From NCBI GenBank assembly GCA_027623195.1, contig JAQBUT010000002.1:1-64000 (forward strand): a DNA stretch of 64,000 nt, written 5' to 3'. Source of the stretch: Chloroflexota bacterium (GTDB lineage: Bacteria > Chloroflexota > Dehalococcoidia > Lucifugimonadales > JADFKI01). Position 1 is the first letter of the stretch, and each line of letters begins with the position of its first letter. A program made the position numbers and the translations under genes. This document shows positions 18,277 to 26,675 of the stretch, one piece after another. The notes under the pieces are model-generated. The model did no database searches. It saw only the letters and a program-made list of their open reading frames with translations, and had not been told where the DNA came from.

Positions 18277-18667
18277 ATTGCATCCCATATTAGTGGGTAA
18301 CGGCTATCGCTGCAAGCCTTGTTGTCGGTAAGGAAGCCCCATGCTCGCGTTAACATTCGCAGCCATTCGCATACTCGAAACCGGACTACGGTCTGATAAT
18401 GGCCTGAGCTGACCGCCGCTAGCGCCGCGAGTTGGCCGTCGATGAGGTGCGCACACGGTTAGCTTTTGCTAGAATTGGGGCGCTTTAGGCGGCGGCAATC
18501 TGATCCGGGGAATGAAAAAAGCCGCTCGGCATAAGTTGATTAGAAATAAGTCATGTAAAGGCAAAATAGTTTTCATTGTTAAGACAACAATTCGCTAGTC
18601 AATGATTGCCTACGCAATTTTGGTGGCTGTCTGACACTTGGCATCGCAGTAATTAAGGAGAAGGCCC

Positions 18668-19771
18668 TTGCTAGAACGATTCAAGGTTCCAAAAAAAGAT
18701 GAGGTCAGGGTTTCTCACGAGTCCCTTCACGAGGTGATAAAGGCCGTCTTCTTGAAGATGGGGACCTCGGAAAGCGACGCTGTCGAGGCTGCTGACGTCC
18801 TGACGATGACTGACCTTCGTGGTGTGGAGACTCACGGCGTTTCCAACATGCTGCGGGCTTACGTGGACCAGTATACAAGCGGCCAGGTCAACCCTAAACC
18901 CGACTGGAAGATCGAGCGGGAGACTCCAGGCACTGCTGTCATCAACGCCGACAGGGGGTTGGGTGTGGTGCTGGGCCGGCGGTTCATGGACATCGCCATC
19001 GAAAAGGCCAAAGTAGTTGGTTTCGGGGTGGTGACGGTCAACAATTCCGGCCATCTGGGAGCTGTGGGTCACTTTTCCATGTATGCAGCGAAACAGGATT
19101 TGGTGGGCATGTGCGCTACTGCGGCTGGCACGGGCGTGCTGCCGACCTTTGGGGCTGAGCCTCGCTTTGGCACTAACCCCATCTCCATCGCCGCTCCTGC
19201 CAACAACGAGGCGGCTCTACTTTTCGACGCCGCAACGTCCCAGATCGCAGGCAACAAGTTTACTCTGGCCAGGAGAATTGGCTCTGACCTGCTGCCGGGG
19301 TGGATAGCCGATGCTGAAGGCAATCCTGTAATGGAGGAGACGCCCCCGCCGGATGGTGACCGAGGGTACGGCCATCTGCTGCCCCTTGGCGGCACCCGCG
19401 AGAACGGCTCACACAAGGGCTATGGTTTCCTTATGATGGTGGATATTCTGGCTGGCATGCTCTCTGGATCGGTACCGGGCATGTTCGACTCGGAATACTT
19501 CGAGAGCGCGTACAAGCATTACTTCGCGGCCTACAATATCGAGGCTTTCACCGACGTAGCCGAATTTAAGAGCAACATGGACCAGATGCTGCGCACCCTG
19601 CGAGAGACCAAGCCGGCCCCCGGCCATGATAGGGTGATTTATCCCGGCCTCGCGGAGTACGAGGAGGAGCAGGACCGGCGCGCCAACGGAGTGCCGTTGC
19701 ATACAGAGGTCATGGGGTGGTTCAAAGGTCTGGAAGATGAGATGGGCGTTCCAGCCCTGACTCGTATTTAA
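18668..19771 (+). CDS. Ldh_2 family oxidoreductase (type 2 malate/lactate/sulfolactate dehydrogenase-like)
   Basis: DLRGVETHG, NSGHLG, GTNPISIA, DAATS, HKGYG, YPG. Confidence 0.9.
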   Translation: MLERFKVPKKDEVRVSHESLHEVIKAVFLKMGTSESDAVEAADVLTMTDLRGVETHGVSNMLRAYVDQYTSGQVNPKPDWKIERETPGTAVINADRGLGVVLGRRFMDIAIEKAKVVGFGVVTVNNSGHLGAVGHFSMYAAKQDLVGMCATAAGTGVLPTFGAEPRFGTNPISIAAPANNEAALLFDAATSQIAGNKFTLARRIGSDLLPGWIADAEGNPVMEETPPPDGDRGYGHLLPLGGTRENGSHKGYGFLMMVDILAGMLSGSVPGMFDSEYFESAYKHYFAAYNIEAFTDVAEFKSNMDQMLRTLRETKPAPGHDRVIYPGLAEYEEEQDRRANGVPLHTEVMGWFKGLEDEMGVPALTRI

Positions 19772-19824
19772 ATCCCGCCTAATGGTTCGTATAAAAAGTA
19801 GAAGTTGAACCGGAGATCAAAAAA

Positions 19825-20583
19825 ATGGGAAAACTGGACGGTAGAGTAGCCATAATTAGCGGTGGCGCGAGAGGCCAGGGCGCGGAAGAGGCCAAACTTT
19901 TCGCCCGAGAAGGCGCTAAAGTCGTCTTTGGCGACATTCGCGACGACGAGGGCCGACAGGTGGAGGCTGAGATCCAAGAGTTGGGTGGCGAGGCTGTGTA
20001 CGTCCATTTGGACGTTACCAGCGAGACGGAATGGCAGAAGGTTGTCCAGGACACCCTCGCCCGCTACGGCAGACTGGATATTCTGGTAAACAATGCCGCC
20101 ATCATAGTCCCCAGGGTCGACATCGAAAACACTGCGGCAGAGGACTGGGACCGCGTCTTCGAGGTTAACGCCAAGAGTGTTTTCCTGGGCACCAAGCATT
20201 GCATACCGGCCATGAGAGACTCTGGCGGCGGCTCCATCGTCAATATCTCGTCTGTGGCAGGGATCGCGCAGTCATCCCATCAGGAGCCGGCCTACGCTGC
20301 CAGCAAGGGTGCCGTGCGAATCTTCAGCAAGGTAACCGCGGCTCAGCATGCTAAGGACGGCATACGCTGCAATTCGGTGCATCCCGGGCCTATCGACACC
20401 GAGATGCTAAACACAGCGTTCGCAGATGAGGAAGCCAAGGCAAATCGTCTGCTGAGAGTTCCGATGCAGCGCATGGGCAGGGCCGAGGAGATAGCCAAAG
20501 GCGTTTTGTACCTGGCCTCCGACGACTCGTCCTACGTAACTGGCTCCGAGCTAGTCATCGACGGCGGCGCCATCGTTATGTAG
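19825..20583 (+). CDS. short-chain dehydrogenase/reductase
   Basis: SGGARGQG, NNA, YAASK, NSVHPG, DGG. Confidence 0.93.
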   Translation: MGKLDGRVAIISGGARGQGAEEAKLFAREGAKVVFGDIRDDEGRQVEAEIQELGGEAVYVHLDVTSETEWQKVVQDTLARYGRLDILVNNAAIIVPRVDIENTAAEDWDRVFEVNAKSVFLGTKHCIPAMRDSGGGSIVNISSVAGIAQSSHQEPAYAASKGAVRIFSKVTAAQHAKDGIRCNSVHPGPIDTEMLNTAFADEEAKANRLLRVPMQRMGRAEEIAKGVLYLASDDSSYVTGSELVIDGGAIVM

Positions 20584-20773
20584 GGAAGGCTCATCCGAAG
20601 GTTTTTTCTACCTCATTCACTTCCCCTTCCATACTTAAAGAGGCGCGAAATCTTGAATATCTATCGGTTCAATCGGCTTGGTGTGAGGTTTGATGGCCAG
20701 AACTCATCCAGCCGCGCCTAATTGGTTAAACTAGCCAATAATAATTTCGTCAAAGGAGCCAAAAGCCAAAAGA

Positions 20774-21238
20774 ATGCCGAGAGCCCCTTTTCAGGTACTG
20801 GTGTTTCCCTTTCGCAGAGTAACGGAAGCTACGTTTGAGTACGCCGTGTTCAAGCGGGCCGACGCCGGTTACTGGCAGGCTATCGCCGGTGGCGGCGAGG
20901 ACGATGAGAAGCCTGTCGAGGCTGCCCGGCGGGAGGCCCACGAGGAGGCGGAGATACCGGTCGTATCATGCTACTACCCGCTGGACTCCGTGGCCCACAT
21001 CCCAACCTACTTCTTCGAGGCCAGGAGTTCCTGGCCCAAGGACACCTACGTCATCCCTAACCACTGCTTCGCCGTGGAGCTTCCCGATTTGGATATCGTG
21101 CTGTCCCACGAGCATTCGGAGTTCCGCTGGGTTACGTTTCCGGAGGGTACGAAGCTGCTGTATTGGGAGGACAATCGCACCGCGCTTTGGGAGCTGAACC
21201 AGCGACTCCTCAATGGCGACCTGCCTGAGCCCCTTTAG
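20774..21238 (+). CDS. NUDIX pyrophosphatase (NudB/dATP pyrophosphohydrolase-like)
   Basis: WQAIAGGGEDDEKPVEAARREAHEEA Nudix box, SHEH. Confidence 0.88.
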   Translation: MPRAPFQVLVFPFRRVTEATFEYAVFKRADAGYWQAIAGGGEDDEKPVEAARREAHEEAEIPVVSCYYPLDSVAHIPTYFFEARSSWPKDTYVIPNHCFAVELPDLDIVLSHEHSEFRWVTFPEGTKLLYWEDNRTALWELNQRLLNGDLPEPL

Positions 21239-21259
21239 GCGACGGATGCCTACGACATC

Positions 21260-22429
21260 ATGACAACTCAGCTGCCGTCGCTGCTTATCTCAATCCCCGA
21301 AGGCGTTATAGACCTTGGATGGGGTCATCCGTCGCCCGCGCTGCATCCCACGGAGGCCATACGCACGGCTGCGAACCACGCCTTGGCCGACGGGTCAGCG
21401 ACCGCTCTGCAGTATGGCGCCACGCAGGGCTACGGGCCGCTTCTGGGGTCCCTGGCAGCCTTTCTATCAGCGGAGGCGGCCTATGGCATGCTAGTGGAGC
21501 CGGGTAGCCTGTTCATAAGTGGCGGCGCATCGCAGGCCCTGGACCTTGCCACCACGCTGTTTGCAGGGCCCGGCGACACTGTTTTCGTAGAAGAGCCCAG
21601 TTATTACCTCATCGGGAACATTTTTCGTGACCATGGCCTGAACGTCGTCGGGGTGCCCACAGACGAGCAGGGGCTGCGAACCGACGCTCTGGAGGCGATG
21701 CTAGCCGATAAGGCTACTCCAAGCCCTGCCATGCTTTACATCGTCCCGACCTACCAGAACCCATCCGGAGCTGTGTTGCCGGTGGAACGCCGCCGTAGGC
21801 TGGTGGAATTGGCTGACCAGTATGGATTCACCGTCCTGGCCGATGAGGTATACCAGTTGCTGCACTACGGAGACCCTCCCCCGCCGCCTCTGGTGGCGTT
21901 CGACCAGTCAGAACAGGGCTGTGTGGTGTCTTTTGGCTCCTTCTCCAAGATTCTTGCCCCTGGACTGCGAGTGGGATGGGTCCAGGGCCACCGATGCCTA
22001 ATAGGTCGCTTCACCAACGCCGGTATGGTGGTAAGCGGCGGGGGCGTAAGCCATTTCACGTCGGTGGTGGCACACGCCGCACTGGAGTTAGGGCTTCTTC
22101 AGGAGAACGTAATTAAGTTACGGCAGACGTACTCCGCCCGGGTAGAGGCTATGAGCAGATCCCTGGAGGCATATCTTGGCGGCGCGGCCGAGTTTGTGAC
22201 CCCTGGTGGAGGCTACTTTACCTGGGTGCGCCTCACTGGCGGCGTGGACACGGACAGGCTGCTGCCTGTGGCTCAGAAGGCTGGCGTATCCTACAGACCC
22301 GGTACGGCCTTCTCGGCGCATGGGGCGTTTTCGGATAGGCTACGTCTGGCGTTCGCGCTGTACGAGGCTGACCAACTCGACGAGGGCATTGGACGCCTTG
22401 CCACGGCGCTGGAGAGATATTCTCAATAA
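21260..22429 (+). CDS. PLP-dependent class I/II aminotransferase
   Basis: YQNPSG, DEVY, SFSKILAPGLRVG. Confidence 0.92.
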   Translation: MTTQLPSLLISIPEGVIDLGWGHPSPALHPTEAIRTAANHALADGSATALQYGATQGYGPLLGSLAAFLSAEAAYGMLVEPGSLFISGGASQALDLATTLFAGPGDTVFVEEPSYYLIGNIFRDHGLNVVGVPTDEQGLRTDALEAMLADKATPSPAMLYIVPTYQNPSGAVLPVERRRRLVELADQYGFTVLADEVYQLLHYGDPPPPPLVAFDQSEQGCVVSFGSFSKILAPGLRVGWVQGHRCLIGRFTNAGMVVSGGGVSHFTSVVAHAALELGLLQENVIKLRQTYSARVEAMSRSLEAYLGGAAEFVTPGGGYFTWVRLTGGVDTDRLLPVAQKAGVSYRPGTAFSAHGAFSDRLRLAFALYEADQLDEGIGRLATALERYSQ

Positions 22430-22520
22430 AACCTACAACGTACAGGTCAAGTGGGTCATTTAGGTCATCGTGACCTGTTGGACTAAAATCGAGCATTAGA
22501 TAATGAAAGGGAGTCGATAT

Positions 22521-23294
22521 ATGGCAGAAAAACAGAAGGTAGTTATTACAGGCTTTGGGGGCCGTATTGCCCGGGTGCTGCGGGAAAATCTGGGTGACAA
22601 GTACGAGTTCAGTGGCATCGACCGAGTTCCTGTTGAAGGGCTAAACTCGCTGACGGCTGACCTCACCAACTTTGACGCCATACTCCCTGTCTTTCAGGGC
22701 AAGGATGTGGTGGTGCACCTGGCAGCGGAGCCCAGGCATACTACTGATATCGGCTGGGACATTCTCCTGCCGGACAACGTAGTCGCCACGGCTAACGTCT
22801 TCGAGGCCGCGCGGCGAGGTGGGGTGAAGCGCATCATTTTCTTTAGCTCCATGCATGTTGACGGCAAGTACGAACTGGATTACCCGTACTCTGCCATCGC
22901 AGAAGGGAATTACGAGGGTTTGGAGCCGGAAAAGATACCTCTGGTCGCCCATGACATGCCTGATAGGCCCGATGGACCTTATGCCGTAAGCAAGATCTTT
23001 GGCGAGGCCCTGGCTCGGTACTACGCCGAGGAGTACGAAATGACCTCGATCTGCATACGATTGGGCACGGTAAGCCCGGCCAATAGGCCAGGAAGCGACC
23101 CCCGCAGCTTCGTAAGTTGGTTTAGCCATCGAGACCTGGTCACGATGGTGGATCGGTCCATCGAGGTGAAGAATGTCACTTTCGATATCTTCTTCGGTGC
23201 TTCAGGCAACACGTGGAAGATCTACGACACGCCCCGGGCATGGCGTGTGCTGGGCGCAGAGCCCCAGGACGACTCCGAGAGCTTCCGAGAATAA
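22521..23294 (+). CDS. NAD-dependent epimerase/dehydratase (uronate dehydrogenase-like)
   Basis: ITGFGGRI, HLAA, SS, RPDGPYAVSK. Confidence 0.82.
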   Translation: MAEKQKVVITGFGGRIARVLRENLGDKYEFSGIDRVPVEGLNSLTADLTNFDAILPVFQGKDVVVHLAAEPRHTTDIGWDILLPDNVVATANVFEAARRGGVKRIIFFSSMHVDGKYELDYPYSAIAEGNYEGLEPEKIPLVAHDMPDRPDGPYAVSKIFGEALARYYAEEYEMTSICIRLGTVSPANRPGSDPRSFVSWFSHRDLVTMVDRSIEVKNVTFDIFFGASGNTWKIYDTPRAWRVLGAEPQDDSESFRE

Positions 23295-23488
23295 GAAAGG
23301 TTGGAGCTATAGTCAACAGGCGGACCATATCCAGAAAACTCTAACGAAAAATTCACAAAAAGTCCCAAATTCTCACGGCGTTTGGCCGATTCGGGACAAT
23401 AATTACCCCCAGTTTTTCATACCTGGACCGGACAATGGCTTTAAAGAAATGGTTCATTTAGTGGGATTCGGCCTGAAGGCCTGGTGGC

Positions 23489-24586
23489 ATGATGATAATC
23501 AGACAACTATTTGCCAGAACTAAGCCAGCGAGCGGTCAACAGGCTGCGGAGGCTATCCAGTCTGCGGTTGAAGCAGCCCTGCCAATCGCCAAGCCGCATA
23601 TCAGGAGATTCGCCAAGCCCGAACGTGCTTCCTCCGACCACGACGTGAGGCTATGGCATCAGGAAGTCGTCCAGCGTCTGGGGCGGAACGACTTCTACCT
23701 CGTATGCGAGCCTAGCTGCGATGGTTTCGCCGTCTCCATGACCTACGAGAACGGCGATCTGACCAGTGTTGTGGCCACGGACGGCGATATCAGGGGCCAG
23801 GCGGTTACCGATACCCTGCGCAAGATCCCTGGCGTCCCTAAGCGCCTCACAGGAACAGACCTTCCCATTCACCTGGAGGTTTTGGGGAATATATACGTGC
23901 CTGTGCTTGGCGGCGTCAAACAGCCCAACAACAACCGCTCAGGCCTCAGACTGTTCGTACACGGAATCTCCTCTTCGGTCGGTGGCCGTGTCCCAGCAAA
24001 TCAATGGTCGGCATTGGCATACTTGAGAGCTGTTGGATTCGACGTGAGCAGCGATATCAAGCTGGCAAGGACTTCACAAGAGGTCCTGAGCCACTACCAG
24101 ATGCTGGCAAACAAGGCGAACGTTGGAGATTACCCCTGTCGAGGCATGCTGGTGAAGGTGAATCGTTTCGATCACCAGGCTGTTCTTTCAGTCCACGAAG
24201 ATAGCGCAAACTGGGCGCTGTCCTATGGCTTTCCCCCCGGCCCACGAACGGACCTACGCGCAATAGACAGTCCCTCTGCCCAAACTCAACCAGCCCAGCC
24301 ATTGCCAGCTAGACGGCAGCCGCTAAAAGGGCTAAGCGTTGTTGTGGAGGTCCGGTCTGCCCGGCCATCGGTCTTACAGGTCGAAAACAGGGTACAGAAC
24401 CTGGGCGGCACAATCGTACGGAATGTCAAAGACAACGCCGATTACATAATCACTGACAACGCCGAGAAAAGTATGCTAAAGGCCAGGCTCATGCGAGCCC
24501 GTACCGTCGGCCTTGGTGATTTCATTCGTTACTGCAACAACATGCAAGTCATGAGTCGTCTGGACGATCTCATTGCCAGGCTCTAA
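23489..24586 (+). CDS. LigA-derived protein: degenerate adenylation domain plus BRCT, predicted catalytically inactive
   Basis: LigA-like segments CEPSCDGFAVSMTYENG, LEVLGNIY, RGMLVKVN, WALSYGFP; BRCT-like PLKGLSVV...LGG...V..NADYII. Confidence 0.8.
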   Translation: MMIIRQLFARTKPASGQQAAEAIQSAVEAALPIAKPHIRRFAKPERASSDHDVRLWHQEVVQRLGRNDFYLVCEPSCDGFAVSMTYENGDLTSVVATDGDIRGQAVTDTLRKIPGVPKRLTGTDLPIHLEVLGNIYVPVLGGVKQPNNNRSGLRLFVHGISSSVGGRVPANQWSALAYLRAVGFDVSSDIKLARTSQEVLSHYQMLANKANVGDYPCRGMLVKVNRFDHQAVLSVHEDSANWALSYGFPPGPRTDLRAIDSPSAQTQPAQPLPARRQPLKGLSVVVEVRSARPSVLQVENRVQNLGGTIVRNVKDNADYIITDNAEKSMLKARLMRARTVGLGDFIRYCNNMQVMSRLDDLIARL

Positions 24587-24652
24587 CCCTTTGGCTTTTC
24601 GGCAGATGCCCTCCTGCCCTATGCAGGGCCTGATGACCAGCCCTTCACGGTA

Positions 24653-25819
24653 TCAGAAGATGTACTCCGGACCCTCGATGTACTTAAACCTGTCGAAAGC
24701 GTCGGCCTTCAGCGTGAAGCCCAAGCCTGGAGTCTGCGGCGCGTAAACGGTGCCTTCGCGGATGTCGTAGGGCTCGTTGAACAGTTCGTACATCATGGGC
24801 ATGTAGCCCTGGCTTACTTCCAGTATGTGGCAGTTCACTGACGACATCGCCACGTGGATGCTGGCCGCGAACAGTATGCCGGAACCCCATGCATGTGGTG
24901 CCAGCCGAATCCCCCGTGCCGACGCCATGGCTGCGATCCGTCGAATTTCCGTGTAGCCCCCTGCCCTGGCCACATCGGGCTGAGCGATATCCACGCCTCT
25001 GTGCATGAACAGGTCCTCGAAGTCGAAACGGGTGAACTCTCGTTCGCCGGTGGCGATGGGAATGATGGTCGAACGACGCACGTCGGCAAGCCCCGGGTGG
25101 TCGTCCGGGGAGATCGGCTCCTCGAACCAGGAGAGATCATACGGCTCCAGCTTTCTGGCCAGCCGTATTGCCGTGGACACGTCCAGCGAGCCGTGGGCGT
25201 CGATCATCAGCTCTACGTTGGGCCCGATTCCGCGACGGGCAGCCTTAACGCGGCGGACTGTGTTTTCGATGGAGAAGCCATCGCGTCCTACTACTCGCAT
25301 CTTGACGGCCGTAAAGCCCTTGGAGGCGTAGCCGCCCATTTCCTGCTCTGCCTCGTCACCAGGCGCCCAACCTCCAGAGCCGTAGCCTCGCACAGAGTCT
25401 CGCACGGCCCCCAGCGCCTTGTAAATGGGTATGCCCAGGGATTGGGCCTTAACATCCCAAATAGCCAGGTCTACGCCCGCGATGGCCTCCATGGTCAGGC
25501 CGCGCCGACCGTCCCCCGGTTGGGAGTGGCCTGTTTCCAGGGCCGGCTTCCAGCGCGAGCCGTTATACATCTTCTCGTAAAGAAGCTCCGAGTACATCGG
25601 GTCCTCGCCCAGTATCGCAGGAGCCAACTCGTGATCTACGATGGCGCAGATGGCCTGCGGACTGCCCAGGGAGGCTCCCACGCCGACCAGGCCGTCGTCG
25701 GTCTCCACCTGGATGATGACGGAGTCGCTCTTTATCTTCGTGCCGAGGTCAGTCCGGTGCTGTCGCTCCTCGGGAATGGGGTCGGACATTGGAATTGCGC
25801 GTACGCTGGTTATCTTCAT
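24653..25819 (-). CDS. mandelate racemase/muconate lactonizing enzyme family protein
   Basis: AGVDLAIWD, KMR, LMIDAH, WFEEP, TGE, QPD, PH, PGLG. Confidence 0.93.
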   Translation of the reverse strand: MKITSVRAIPMSDPIPEERQHRTDLGTKIKSDSVIIQVETDDGLVGVGASLGSPQAICAIVDHELAPAILGEDPMYSELLYEKMYNGSRWKPALETGHSQPGDGRRGLTMEAIAGVDLAIWDVKAQSLGIPIYKALGAVRDSVRGYGSGGWAPGDEAEQEMGGYASKGFTAVKMRVVGRDGFSIENTVRRVKAARRGIGPNVELMIDAHGSLDVSTAIRLARKLEPYDLSWFEEPISPDDHPGLADVRRSTIIPIATGEREFTRFDFEDLFMHRGVDIAQPDVARAGGYTEIRRIAAMASARGIRLAPHAWGSGILFAASIHVAMSSVNCHILEVSQGYMPMMYELFNEPYDIREGTVYAPQTPGLGFTLKADAFDRFKYIEGPEYIF

Positions 25820-25926
25820 CTTCTCTCTTTTGCCTTGCCGAATGCCTGGCTAGGGTGTGTGGTCTGCCTCCAGCACGACGGCTGTCGTCCGCTAGTGGGA
25901 AGGCTTTTGACGAATATCCAAAAGAC

Positions 25927-26559
25927 TTAATGGAGGGTTGTCTTGATCCGTTCGTCGAGCTCCGCCTGTAGCTCATCCAGGTCGCAGTCCACGATTCCCA
26001 CGTGGTCCCGCAGGATCTCGGCGTAGGAGGCTATCTCAGATCGGTTCGTCCAGGTCTCGCTATCCCAAAGGTTAGAGCGTATGAAGGCCTTGGGACAGTG
26101 GGTGAAGACCTCTTCCACATCTACCACAATGGCCAGTTTTGGCAGCTTATTGCCTACAGCCATGCTCTGCAGAAGATCTGCGTCGCGAACAAGCGTAACG
26201 CGGCCGTTGATGCGAAGCGTCTCGTTCATGCCGGGCACCATGAATATCATTCCTACGTTGGGGTTGGCAATGAGATTCGTAAGAGTGTCCAGTCGGTTGT
26301 TGCCGGGAAGGTCGGGCACAGCAATAGTCTTGTCGTCCAGGACCCGTATGAAGCCTGGGGCGTCGCCCTTGGGTGAGACGTCGCAGCGAGTGCCGTCGGA
26401 GGTGCCGAAAAGCACGAAAGGCGACTTCTCGATGATCGTCCGGCAGTGCTTGTCCAGGTGGTCCAGCTGTTTGTTGACAGCCCGATCGGCGGGCCAGCCA
26501 AATATATCACGAAGCTGTTCTTCGGACGTTATGACCTCATTGAATCTGGTGGCAACCAT
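25927..26559 (-). CDS. pyridoxamine 5'-phosphate oxidase-like FMN-binding protein (MSMEG_1061-like)
   Basis: CDVSPKGD.PGF, PD.PGNNRLD, ETLRING, HCPKAF.RS.LW. Confidence 0.88.
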   Translation of the reverse strand: MVATRFNEVITSEEQLRDIFGWPADRAVNKQLDHLDKHCRTIIEKSPFVLFGTSDGTRCDVSPKGDAPGFIRVLDDKTIAVPDLPGNNRLDTLTNLIANPNVGMIFMVPGMNETLRINGRVTLVRDADLLQSMAVGNKLPKLAIVVDVEEVFTHCPKAFIRSNLWDSETWTNRSEIASYAEILRDHVGIVDCDLDELQAELDERIKTTLH

Positions 26560-26675
26560 AATGAACCTCTCTTTGGACTAATTCGGCTTCGCCAGTAAAG
26601 GGCGCGCCTCTGATTTTACCCCATATTCTACGTGGGCACTAATGGTGCCAACCTTCGTATTTGCGCCATAGAGGG

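Noticed and set aside
24854..25930. 358-aa + strand ORF
   Set aside because: Antisense to the well-supported MR/MLE gene; no recognisable protein features
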